Assembly: GCF_009914755.1 (NCBI RefSeq)
Contig: NC_060929.1
Reading direction: 5' to 3' (one strand)
DNA: 64,000 bases
Source: the human T2T-CHM13v2.0 reference genome, Homo sapiens
Both the position numbers and the translations under genes were made by a program. Below are positions 33,393 through 47,289 of this stretch, piece after piece. Within the stretch, counting starts at the first letter, position 1, and each line of letters opens with the position of its first letter. The notes beneath the pieces are model-generated. The model had not been told where the DNA came from. It did no database searches and saw only the letters and a program-made list of their open reading frames with translations.

Positions 33393-35200
33393 AACAACAG
33401 ACAAACAGAGAGCCAAATCATGAGTGAACTCCCATTCACAATTGCTTCAAAGAGAATAAAATACCCAGGAATCCAACTTAAAAGGGATATGAAGGACCTC
33501 TTCCAGGAGAACTACAAACCACTACTCGATGAAATAAAAGAGGACACAAACAAATGGAAGAACATTCCATGCTCATGGATAGGAAGAATCAATATTGTGA
33601 AAATGGCCATACTGCGCAAGGCAATTTATAGTTTCAATGCCATCCCCATCAAGCTACCAATGACTTTCTTCACAGAATTGGAAAAAACTACTTTAAAGTT
33701 CATATGGAACCAAAAAAGAGCCCGCATTACGAAGACAATCTTAAGCAAAAAGAACAAAGCTGGAGGCATCACACTACCTGACTTCAAACTATACTACAAG
33801 GCTACAGTAACCAAAACAGCATGGTACTGGTACCAAAACAGAGATATAGACCAATGGAACAGAACAGAACCCTCAGAAATAATACCACATATCTACAACC
33901 ATCTGATCTTTGACAAACCTGACAAAAAGAAGAAATGGGGGAATGATTCCCTATTTAATAAATGGTGCTGGGAAAACTGGCTAGCCATATGTAGAAAGCT
34001 GAAACTGGATCCCTTCCTTACAACTTATACAAAAATTAATTCAAGATGGATTAAAGACTTAAATGTTAGACCTAAAACCATAAAAACCCTAGAAGAAAAC
34101 CTAGGCAATACCATTCAGGACATAGGCATGGGCAAGGACTTCATGTCTAAAACACCAAAAGCAATGGCAACAAAAGCCAAAATTGACAAATGGGATCTAA
34201 CTAAACTAAAGAGCTTCTGCACAGCAAAAGAAACTACCATCAGAGTGAACAGGCAACCTATAGAATGGGAGAAAATGTTTGCAATCTACTCATCTGACAA
34301 AGGGCTAATATCCAGAATCTACAAAGAACTCAAACAAACTTACAAGAAGAAAACAAAGAACCCCATCAAAAAGTGGGCTAATGATATGAACAGACACTTC
34401 TCAAAAGAAGACATTTATGCAGCCAACAGACACATGAAAAAGTACTCATCATCACTGGCCATCAGAGAAATGCAAATCAAAACCACAATGAGATACTATC
34501 GCACACCAGTTAGAATGGCGATCATTAAAAAGTCAGGAAACAACAGGTGCTGGAGAGGATGTGGAGAAATAGGAACGCTTTTACACTGTTGTTGGGACTG
34601 TAAACTAGTTCAACCATTGTGGAAGTCAGTGTGGTGATTCCTCAAGGATCTAGAACTAGAAATACCATTTGACCCAGCCATCCCATTACTGGGTATATAC
34701 CCAAAGGATTATAAATCATGCTGCTATAAAGACACATGCACACATATGTTTATTTTGGCACTATTCACAATAGCAAAGACTTGGAACTAACCGAAATGTC
34801 CATCAATGATAGACTGGATTAAGAAAATGTGGCACATATACACCATGGAATACTATGCAGCCATAAAAAAGGATGACTTCATGTCCCTTTAGGGACATGG
34901 ATGAAGCTGGAAACTATCATTCTCAGCAAACTTTTGCAAGGACAAAAACCAAACACCACATGTTCTCACTCATAGGTGGGAATTGAACAATGGGAACACT
35001 TGGACACAGGAAGGGGAACATCACACACTGGGGCCTGTGGTAGGGTGGAGGGACAGGGGAGGGATAGCATTAGGAGATATACCTAATGTAAATGGTGAGT
35101 TAATGGGTCCAGCACACCAACATGGCACATGTATACATATGTAACAAACCTGCACCTTGTGCACATGTACTCTAGAACTTAAAGTATCATAATAAAAAAA
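33393..35200 (+). mobile_element. L1PA4/5-like LINE-1, 5'-truncated, with 405-aa open ORF2 C-terminal segment
   Basis: ORF 33420-34637 is L1 ORF2 ([15 protein letters not shown]…[14 protein letters not shown]); L1PA 3' UTR and poly-A end near 35200. Confidence 0.96.
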
Positions 35201-36984
35201 GTTCTATTTAATATTTTATGAGACCTGTCTTTTTTCTCTAATGATTCTCATTATTATATGTTTATAAAGTTTTTGAATACCCCTTCTGTCCCTATATTTT
35301 GATGGTCAATCCTTTAAATTGAAAAAAGTGATTAGGGTGTCCCTTATAATCTTTGTCAAATATAAGTAAAGATAGGGAGCAATTAAATTAAGTTTTCTAA
35401 ATGAGTGGAAGAAAAAACCCTAACCTGTGAGTAAGTAATCTATGTTACTTTATCTATATAGTAATATTTATAATTTCTAAAATAAATATAAATATAAAAT
35501 TTTCTTAAGATATCATAAACTTATTTGCTGCCTGTGTTTCAAGTAATTACTTTGACAGAATTTCTAACATTTCAAATTTTGTATATATGGATTAGTTTGA
35601 ATTTTTAAAAATTACACAGTGACCACTTTTTGCAGTGACCTACTATGAATTAACATACACTGAACGTGTTAGAAAAATACAGACTGTTAAAAAGCTAATG
35701 CACTGTTATCTTTTTAAAGTAAAACTAAATCCACTGTCTCTTTAAATTATATTTGGAAATATTCTCATTTTGACAGTAACTGATAATTTTACTTTTTTTA
35801 ATGTCAGTATATCATTAAAGCAGCTATTAAGCCACTAATAGGCACTTAACATTGTGGTCGCTTATCATAAATAGCATTAACAGTTCTACAACTTTTTCTT
35901 GCAGGTCACTTAATACATCACACAAAATTAAATTAAGTGTAATCACATTAAATAAAATTAAAATGACAATAACTAAGTCCAACAGGTTCTGCATATGGGC
36001 AGTATTAACAAAGCTTACAAATGACTTATGAAGTCAGTTTTTAAGAGTTTAAATTCTACACACATAATTATCATAATGTTTCTCAATTTTGTCTTGCTCT
36101 GAACTGTTTAAAAATACAATTTGAATATGCTTGAGATATAATTTTTTGGTGAAACACATATCTAAAATTTAAAAGATTGAAATTTAATGACCACTACAAG
36201 CAAAACAGAAGAACAGAAATTTAGCTCTCTATCTTGTCTATCACCTATCAAGAGCTAGAACAGTAGGAAATTATTTCTACCCTGGCATGAAGCTGCAGAA
36301 AATTTACTGTCGAGAGATGATTTTCCTTTTAACGCTGCAAGTCTACATTATGCATTATAGTGATAGTTACTGATGATCTGTTTCCTCACTTAAAACACAT
36401 ACACATAAAATCTAGCTCTTTATATTGTCTCTAAAATTATTCTAATAGAAATGTTTCTTATTGCATACGGTGAACTAATATAACCTTCTAGAAATTATAA
36501 ATAATCAATATTTAAATTTATATTGCATTTTCCTGTAAGTGTTCAAGACTCTTGGACACATATTAAACAAACATGCTAAAACAGATTTTCCTGCTTTGTA
36601 TCTAATTTTTCAAAATATAAGGTAAGTTATAGTTGGATTTTTAACCTCAAATATTGCATAAATAAAAATATTAATTGGAATTGGTTATAAATCATCAATG
36701 AATATTAGTATTTAACTCAATTTTAACACATAGTATCTACTTAAAAATATTTTCTGAGTAAATAATTTTCTAAGTAGTACATCCCACTGTTAATTAATAT
36801 TGAAAAAGACTCAGAAATTCAAGATCTATTTAGAAATCTATTAATATGTAGTCTTAAAAATAGCCATCCTTGACTTAGCTTTATCATTGGAAAACATAGG
36901 TAATTCCAAAGGAATAGTGTGAAAAACTATAATATTTCCTGAAAAGAAATAAAACAGTGCTTATCTTTAGTAGAATGTGGTTTA

Positions 36985-37230
36985 TAAAAACTTATAACAT
37001 AGAGGTTGAGATAATGTGCTTTGAATTCAGGACAATTAACCTGGATTTTAATCATGGCCCTTGCCATTAGGTAAAACCCTGGGCAAGATTCTCAACCTCC
37101 CTAAAACTTGTTTATTTGTAGAAATGGGAAAATAAGGTTTATATGGAAAGATAATGTGGTATTTAGAAAAGAGTTTACAGGATATAACTCATAATAGGTA
37201 GGTACACCATAAAATAAGCGCTTTTATTAT
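36985..37230 (+). mobile_element. MIR
   Basis: acctggattttaatcatggccc…cctgggcaagattctcaacctccctaa…tgtagaaatgggaaaataa. Confidence 0.7.
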
Positions 37231-37377
37231 GTTTAGTACCTGTACTTAACAGGCATCATTAAGAGAAAGACATTGATGTTATCCTTGATGTGAAAAATTG
37301 CCTATTTCCCATGTGAAAACATGTAAAACAGATAGTAATTAATTTACGTTTTACCTCAAATAAATAATTGCATCGGA

Positions 37378-39510
37378 TTATTTTATTTTTTAAATAAATT
37401 ACATTGTGTTTATTTGAGGTTTATGACATGATGTTATAGAATCCGTATAGATAGTAAAAGAATACTATTGTGAATATTAACATACCTATCATCTCTCATA
37501 GTTTTTTGTGACTAGAGCAGATAAACTCTACTTATTTAACAAAAACCCTAATACAATTTTATTAATTTTGGTCCTTATGTGGTACATTAGCTCTCTAGAA
37601 TTGTTCATCCTACACATCTGCTGTTTTGCATCCTTTGACACACATCTTCCTATCTCTTCTGCACCCCTAACCTTGGTAACTACTGTTTCATTCTCAATGA
37701 GATCATGCAATATTTTTTTCCGTGTCTGGCTAATTTCACTTGCCATAATGTCCTCCAAGTACATCTATTTAAAACTGAATAATATTCCACTGTGTATATG
37801 GACACATTTTCTGTATCCATTTGACCATCATGGGCAATTAGGTTGTTTCTTTATTATAAATAATGCTGCAATGAACATGGCAGTGCATATATTTTTTATG
37901 AGATAGTAATTTCACCCAAAAGTTTTTCCATTCAGGTTCAGAACAAGGCATGGATGAGCAATCTCCTCACTTCTATTTATCATAGTACTAGAAGTACTAG
38001 CATGAGCAGTCAGAAAAGAAAAGAAAAGACATCAAGTAGAAAAGAAAAAAGCAAAATTACAGTTATGTTTTACTTAATGACGGGGATGTATTCTGAGATA
38101 TATGTCATTAGGGGATTTCATCACGTGTGAATATCATAGAGTGTAATGTATGGCCCACTACACACCTAAGCTATATGGTATAGCCTATTTCTCCCAGGCT
38201 ACAAACCTGTAAGCGTGTTACTGTATTACATACTGCAGGCAATTGTAAAACAAAGGTAAGTATTTGTGTTTCTAAACATAGCTAAATATTGAAAAGGTAC
38301 AGTGAAAATATGGAATAAAAGATTTAAAATAGTACACCTGTATAGAGCACTCACCATGAAAGCAGCTTACAGTACTGGAAGTTGAGTGCTGAGTGAATAT
38401 GAAGGTCTAGAACAATACTCTACACCACAGTGTTGTGTCATAAACACTGTACACTTAGTATACATGAAATATATTTTTAAAATATATTTACTAATAAATT
38501 TACCTTAGCTTACTATACCTTTTTTAAATTTCTAAACTTTTGAATTCTTTAACTTTTTAAATCGTTTATAATAACACTGAGATTAAAACACAAAGACACT
38601 GTACAGCTACACATAAATATTTTCTTTATATCCTTATTCTACTATTTTTAATTACTTTATTTCGTTTTTACCTTTTAAATCTTTTTGTTAAAAACAAAGA
38701 AACATACACACACATTAGCCTAGGCCCACACAGGGCCAGAATGAACAATGTCTCTCTCTTCCATCTCTATATCTTGTCCCACTAGAAAGACTTCAGGGAT
38801 AATAACACACATGGCTTTGTCATCTTCTGCAATAATGCCTTCTTCTGGAATACCTCCTGAAGAACCTGCCTGAGGCTATTATACTGCTAACTTATTTTTT
38901 TAACTAAATCAAAGGAATACAGTTTAAAATAACAATAAAAAGTATAGTATGGTAAATACATAAACAGTAACATAGTCATTTATGATTATTGCCAAGTATT
39001 ATATACTGTGCATTATGGAATTACAGTATTTTTGTACGACTTGCAGCACAGTAGATTTGCTCCCATCAGCAAGACCACAAACAAATGAGTAATAATGCCT
39101 TGTGCTTATAATGTCATGATGGCTACAATGTCACTAGGCAACAAGGGTTTTTCTTTAGCTCTATGTTATTCTTAAGGGACTACAATCATATATGGTCATG
39201 AAGAAAGTGCTAAGCAACACAATACTGTGTTTTTATTAGTAAATGGCATATCTATATGTAGAGCACCCTAAAGGCCTCACAAAATCTTTTAGAACTAATA
39301 AATAAATTCAGTAAAGTTACAGGATACAAAATCAACACACAAAAATCAGTAGCATTTCTATACAAGTAATGACCCAGATGAGAAGGAAATCAAGAAAATA
39401 AGCTCACTTATGATAGTGTAAAAAAATAACTAGTAATAAATTTTACTGAGGAGGTGAAAGATTTGTACACTGAAAATGAGAAAACATCAATGAAATAAAT
39501 TAAGACACAA
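37378..39510 (-). mobile_element. L1MA8/9-like LINE with 5' inversion (3' end on minus at 37378-37915; ORF2 segment on plus at 37918-38059 and 39228-39510)
   Basis: Minus-strand L1MA 3' UTR followed directly by plus-strand RT-region sequence (gaacaaggc…ctagaagtactagc; agaactaataaataaattcagtaaagttacaggatacaaaatcaac). Confidence 0.75.
38060..39227. mobile_element. Tigger3b (Golem) DNA transposon inserted in L1MA
   Basis: TA|cagttatg…ttaatgacggggat…ttctgaga…cacacctaagctatatggtatagccta…; about 1.17 kb; L1 resumes after actg. Confidence 0.88.
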
Positions 39511-40133
39511 TTAATTATTTCTTCATTAAAACATTTTCTTGCACGCACACCTATTTTCTATGCATGATAGTAGGCTCTGATAGCATAATATTATCAAAGA
39601 AAATCTTTATGTGTATGCAGTATACATGTATTCTCCCTTTAGAAAAAAAATGCTTGTTCTTTATGTCACTTATATTCTCTAGAGTTCCCTTATTTAAATG
39701 TTAAAGTTTTAGAGAATGGCAAATTTTTTTTATCTGGTTACAGAGTACAATACAATACTATTATACTATTTACACATATATGTGTGTATATATGTATATA
39801 AAACCTTGATCTTTACAGAATAAGACATTATTAATAAACTCATTTCTAATTTTCATGATGTTCACTTCTCTAAAATCTAAATATTCTCTTTAATTCATTA
39901 GTCCCAGAAATTGCAAGTTAACGTATATAGTTTAGTGCAAATCAAGTTTAACTGAACTTTTGTTTGGAAGCATCATTTCTTATTGTGTACTGTTATATGT
40001 AATTACTATAATACTTTTAGGTTTAGACTGTATATACAAAATTAAATTATACCAGACAATTTTTGAGGTTGTGTCAATTGTTTTTTAAAATTATTATGCT
40101 ATTATTTGTAGATGGATTTCAGCATGTCTTTAA

Positions 40134-40443
<310 letters not shown>

Positions 40444-42673
40444 CACCCTTTATTTTTACATGACTTTTAAAAATATTTTTATGAAGAAATCTGATCTTTT
40501 ATCTATCTTAAAACAAATACCAGTATTTTTCCCTGAATTTTTAGGAAACTATTTTAGTTGCTTACAAGCTAGCTTTTATTATTTCTAAATTTTTATTTAT
40601 ATTTTGAAATCACAAAATGTGTCTACTTATTCTTCAAAGCTCAAATCTTGTTACAACTTTTGTAATGATGCTGCTTTTTTATTACTCGATTTATCCCAAC
40701 TGTATATATTTATATGTAGATATATATGTACGCACACATATATAGTTTCAAATATGTAATAAAAATATCTAGTAAAATATGTATATGCATTCTATTTTGT
40801 TTAACATTAGACATATCACAAATAGCCCTAGTTTGAAGCCATTAGGAATGGTGGTGCTATTAACATTTTTGTATGTTCTTGATGCATATGTTTTTTACTT
40901 ATATAGTTATTCAAATCACTAGATGTAAATATAGGAGTAAGTTCAGCTTCAACATCTGATGCCAAACACAAACAGAGAACTAGAAAACAGCAAGAGAAAA
41001 GTGATTCATCTTGTATAAGAACTCCTCAATAAAATTAACAGCTGACTTCTCACCAGAAACTATACAGATAAGAGGGTAGTGGGATAACATATTCAATGTA
41101 CTAGAATAAAAATACTCTTCCAAGACTTTTATATCTGGCAAAATTATTCTTTAAAATTAAAGCAGAAATTAAGATAGTGCTAGATAAACAAAGCTAGTAG
41201 AATTGGTACCAAGCCATATTTCCCTAAAATAAATATTAAAGGTTATGCTTCATGCTAAAATAAAAAGACACAAGATAGTAACTTGAAACCAGAGAAAAAG
41301 ATAAAGGATACTGGGGAAAGTAACTATGTAGTTAACGTTAAAAGACAGTTTAGATTTTTTATTTGTAATATTTTTCTCCTGATATGTAGCTTAATAGACA
41401 ACTGCATATAGCAATAATTATAAAGCTGTTGATGGGTTTATAATACATAAAGATGTAATCTATATGGTAATAATAGCTAAAAAGATGGGGGATAAAGATA
41501 TACTGGAGCAAAGTTTTTGTATAATTTAAAATTGAGTTAATTCAAACCAATTTGTATCAATTAATAAATTAATTATAATTCCCAAGGCAACAACTATAAA
41601 AATAAATTTTAAAATTAAAATAAAGAGGAAGAGTACTAAAATAATATACTAGAAAATATCTATTTAACAAAAAATGTGGTAATGATGGAATGCAGCAATA
41701 AAAATATATTGGACATATAGAAAATAAATATCAATAGGGCAGCTGAAAAGTCCTGTCTCAGTAAATGCATTAATATAAATGGAATAAATATTCCAATGAA
41801 AAGAAAGAGATTGGCGGAATGGTTTAAAAATGATGCACTATATGCTGACTATTAGAGACTCACTTTAGATTCAAAAGATAAATAGGATGAAAACATCATA
41901 CAAACAGTAACAAAATGCTATGCTAATCTTGAACAAAGTAGACTTCCAGATAAAAATTGTTTCTTGGAGATAGAATGACATTTTCTAATGACAAAGACAG
42001 AATCCATCTTGAAGACATACAAATTACAATGAAACACATACCTAATTAGAGGCTCAATTGTTTGAAGAACAGCTGACAGAATTCAAGAGTGTAAAAATCA
42101 TCAACAATAACTAACAGACCTTAATATCCCACTTTGTGAAACGTATAGAACAAAATGGAAGATCATTACAAAAAAAAAAAAACAAAAACTGAAAAAACAT
42201 AGGAAAATAATCGACACTAACAGATATGTATGCAATAATCTTCCCAACAACTACAGAATATACAATATTCTCAGGAGCTCATAAAATATTATCCAGGATA
42301 GACCTTACCTTAGTTCATGAAATAAACTTCAATAAAATTTGAGTTGAAATTATATAAAATATGCCCTTAGACCAAAAGAGAATATTAGATATCAGTAACA
42401 GAAGAAAAATTTGAGTTGCATAATTATGTGAATATCTGACAACAAACTTCTAAATAACCAATGGGTCAAAGAAGAAATTATGAGAAATAGAACATAATTT
42501 GAGAAGATGGAAACAAACGTGTAACAAACCAAAATCAGTAACCAAAATCAATGGGACAAAACTAATCAATGGTAAATTAGAAACTTATAGCTACAAACAC
42601 CTATATTAAATAAGGTAAAAAACAATAAAACCAAAAAAAGCAGAAGGAAGGAAATTAAAGTTTAGAGAGAAAA

Positions 42674-45259
42674 CATCCTTTTATTGTAGATGGGCATTCA
42701 GGTTGATTTCATATCTTAGCTATTGTGAATAGAATTGTAATAAACATAACAGTGCAGATGTCTTTTTGACATACTGATTTTAATTATTTTGGATAATGAT
42801 ATGCTTAGGCTTTGTGTTCCCAACCAAATCTCATCTTGAATTGTAGTTCCCATTATCCTCACATGTTGTGGGAAGGACCTGATGGGAGGTAATTGAATCA
42901 TGGAGGCAGTTTCTGCCATGTTGTTCTGGTGATAGTGAGTGAGTTCTCATGAGATCTGATGGTTTTATAAGGGACTTTTCCTCTCTTCACTCAGCACTTC
43001 TCTCTTTTGCTGCCATGTGAAGAAGGACATGTTTACTTCCCCTTCTACCATGATTGTAAGTGTCCTGAGTCCTCTCCAGCAACGTGAAACTGTGAGTCAA
43101 TTAAACCTCTTTTCTTTACAAATTACCCAGTCTCAGGTAAGTCCTTATAGCAGCATGAGAATGGAGTAATACAGTAAGTTGGTAAGGTGCTGCTACAAGC
43201 ATACCCAAAAAAGTAGAAACGACTTTCGAACTGGATAACAGGCAGAAGTCAGAACAGTTTGGAAAGCTCAGAAGAAGACAAAAAATGTGGGAAAGTATAA
43301 AAGTTTCCAGAGATTTGGAGGGCTCAGAAGACAAGAAAACAAGGGAAAGTTTGGAACTTCCTAGAGACTTGTTGAATGGCTTTGACCAAAATGCTGATAG
43401 TGATATGGACAATTAAGTTCAGGCCTAGGGGGTCTCGGATGGAGATTAGGAACTTCTTGGGAACTGGAGCAAAGGTAACCCTTGATATAGTTTAGCAGGG
43501 AGGCTGGCAGCATTTTGCTCCTGCCCTAGAGAACTGTGGAACTTTGAACTTGAGATAGATAATTTAGGGTATCTGGCACAAGAAATTTTTAAACAGCAAA
43601 GAGATCAAGAATAAGCAGAGCATAAAAGTTCAGAAAATCTGCAGCCTGATGATGCAATAGAAAAGAAAAACCCATTTTGTGGTGAGAAATTCAAACCTGC
43701 TGCAGAAATTTTCATAAGTAACAAAGGAGCCAAATGTTAATCACCAAGACAATAGGGAAAATGTCTCCAGGGCATGTCAGAGACCTACATGGCAGCCCTC
43801 CCATCACAAGCCCAGAGGCCTAGCAGGAAAAAGTGGTTTCATGGGTCTTCCCATGGCCTTTCTGCTGTGTGCAGCCTCAGGCATTAATACCCTGCATCCC
43901 AGCCACTGCAGCTGTGGCTAAAAGGGGCCAAGGTATAGCTCTGGCCATGGCACAGCAGGTGCAAGCCCCAAGCCTTGGCAGCTTCCATGTGATGTTGAGC
44001 CTGCAGGTGCACAGAAGTCAAACATGGAGGTTTAGGAACCTCTGCCTAGATTTCAGAGGATGTATAGAAACACCTAGATGCCCAGGCCAAAGTTTGCTGC
44101 AGGGGTGCAGCCCTCATGGAGAACTTTTGCTAGGGTGGTGCAGAAGGAAAATGTGGGGTCGGAGCCTCCACACAGAGTCCTCACCGGGGCACTGCCTAGT
44201 GGAGCTGTGATAAGAGGGCCATGATCCTCCAGATCCCAGAATGGTAGATCCACCAATGACTTGCACAGTGCACCTGGAAAAGTTGCAGACAGTCAACAAC
44301 AGTCTGTGACAACAGCCAGGAGGTGGCGCTGTACCCTGCAAAGCCACAGGGGTGACACTGCCAGAGGCCTTGGGAGCCTACCTCTTGCATCACTTGCATC
44401 AACATTACCTGAATGTGAGACACGGAGTCAAAGGAGATTATTTCAGAGCTTTAAGATTTAATTACTGTCTCATTGGATTTCAGACCTGAATAGAGCCTGT
44501 AACCCTTTGTTTTGGCCAATTTATCTTATTTGGAATGGATGTATTTACCAAATTCCTGTACCTGCATTGTGTCTAGGAAGTAACTAATCTGATTTTGATT
44601 TTACAGACTCATAGGCAGGAGGGACTTGTCTTGTCTCACATGAGACTTTGACTTTTGAGTTAATGCTGAAATAAGTTGAGATTTTGGGAAACAGTTGGAA
44701 AGGCATAATTGTGTTTTGAAATCTGAGGACATGAGTTTTGGGAAGGGCCAGGGGCAGGATAATGTGTCAGGCTTTGTGACCCTCCCCCCAGATCTCATCT
44801 TGTAGGTTTTTCCTAAGGCCTATCTGTCATGGGAGAGGCCTGGTGGGAGGTAATTGAATCATGGAGACGGTTTCCACCATGCTGTTCTCATGACAGTGAG
44901 TGAGTTCTCATGGGATCTGATGGTTTTATAAGGAGCTTTTTCCCTTTTCGCTCTGCAATTTTCTCTCCTGCTGTCATGTGAAAAAGGATGTGTTTGCTTC
45001 CCCTTCCGCCATAATTGTAAGAGTCCTGAGGCTTTCCCAGTCATACAAAACTGTGAGTCAATAAACCCCTTTCGTTTATAAACTACTCAGTCTTTGGTAT
45101 GTCCTTATAGCAGCATGAGATCGGATTAATACATATATTTACTCAGTAATGGGATTTCTTTATTATATGGTAGTTGTATGTTTCATTTTTTGAGGAACCT
45201 GCATACTGTTTTCTATAATGGCTGTAATAATTTACATTTCCATAAGCAAGGTGTAAAAG
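42674..45259 (-). mobile_element. internal L1MA/PB fragment (about 250 bp in two pieces, 42674-42796 and 45134-45259) split by THE1
   Basis: gatgggcattcaggttgatttcatatcttagctattgtgaatag…ttttggata | tttactcagtaatgggatt…ttttttgaggaacctgcatactgtttt; antisense to the host L1. Confidence 0.75.
42797..45133 (+). mobile_element. complete THE1C/D MaLR element (LTR 42797-43173, internal 43174-44759, LTR 44760-45133)
   Basis: Two THE1 LTRs ending aataca; internal region starts gtaagttggta; polypurine tract gggaagggccaggggcagga before the 3' LTR. Confidence 0.94.
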
Positions 45260-45984
45260 AAAATCAATAAATTCATGAATAGAAAAAAAGTAGAGATAAC
45301 ATCAATGAAACCTGATATTGGTTCTTTGGAACCATCCAAAAATTTGAAAACCCCACCTAGACTAAGCAAGAAAAAAAAGACAAAATCTGAAATTACCAAA
45401 ATCAGGAATGAAAGAAGTTTGCTAATGACATAATTAAAAAACATTCAGAAATCAAATGAAATATAAGGACATACTCTGAATAAGTGTATACTAATAAATT
45501 AGCTGATCTACATAAAATAAATGCATTTTATGAAAGACAAAAACTACTGGGACAGACTCAAGAAGAAAAAGAAAACCTAAATAGGCCTATAATAAATAGA
45601 GATTGAATTAGGAACCAAAATACATTCCCTGGAGGAAAGTCTATGCTCATATGGTTTCACTAATAAAATCTACATAGTGTTTACAAAAACTTAACACTGA
45701 CCCTTCAAAAACTCTTCCAAAAGTATGAGAATGAGATATTTCCAACATCATCCCATGAGGCCAGTCAATCCTTAATATCAAAATGGCACTTCCTGCAATA
45801 ACATTGCAGGAAGAGAAAACTACACTTGAAAAAATTATTATGAGTATTAATGCAAAAGTCCTATAAAATACTAGAAAACCAAATCTAGAAATATATGAAA
45901 AGATAATTGGTCAAGGAATGCAAGTTAGTTCATTGTATGAAAATCAATCATTGTAATATGCCATCATAATAAATTAAAATATAT

Positions 45985-46461
<477 letters not shown>

Positions 46462-47289
46462 TCACTGAAAAACTAAATGTTTTTCTGCCAAGTTCAGGAA
46501 CAATACAAGGATGTCTACTTGTCACAACTTCTATTTAACACTATTGGTGGTTTTATCCAGGGCTACTATGCAAGAAAAATAAATGAAGACATTCCGATTG
46601 AAATACAAGAAGTAAAACTCTCTCTAATCACAGATGACATGATCTTGTATGTATAAAATCCTGATGAACCTACAGAAAATATAAGACTACAACTTATCTA
46701 CAAGTACAGTAAGACTGTAGAATGCAATGTGAATGAAATAAAGAAAGTGTATTTTTTAAACTAGCAATAAACAATCCAAAAATTAAATTATAAAAACATT
46801 ATTTTCATAGAATCAAAGTTAAAAAACAATTCTTAGAAATGAATTGAACAAAACAATGGGCAAGACTGTATACTACAAACAGCATAGAAAGAAATTACAG
46901 ATGGCTTAGATAAATAAACATATATTCCATGGGCATGGATAAGAAGACATAGTAGATGATGTTAATAAGATATAAATTTACCTACAGTTTCAACACATTT
47001 TTTTTTCAAAATCCCAGTTGTTATTTTTGTTGACATTGACAAGTTGATGCTAAATCTATACGAAAATTCAAAAAACTCAGAATTGGCAGCAAAAAATCTT
47101 GAACTAAACAAAGATTGATGACTTACACTTTTCAATTTCAAAAATTTCTAGAAAGCCTCAGTAATCAAATTAGGCCTGATACAGGTATCATAGTGGAAAC
47201 ACTGATAAATGAAATAAAGAAAGTACAGAAATAATTGGCTATTTGAGGTACATTTACTTCGAAATACGTCTAAATGAATGTAAGAGCAA

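Noticed and set aside
33420-34637. 405-aa ORF as a cellular or domesticated gene
   Set aside because: It is the C-terminal third of L1 ORF2p in a 5'-truncated young L1PA, ends at a premature stop, and has no promoter or ORF1; such open stretches are expected.
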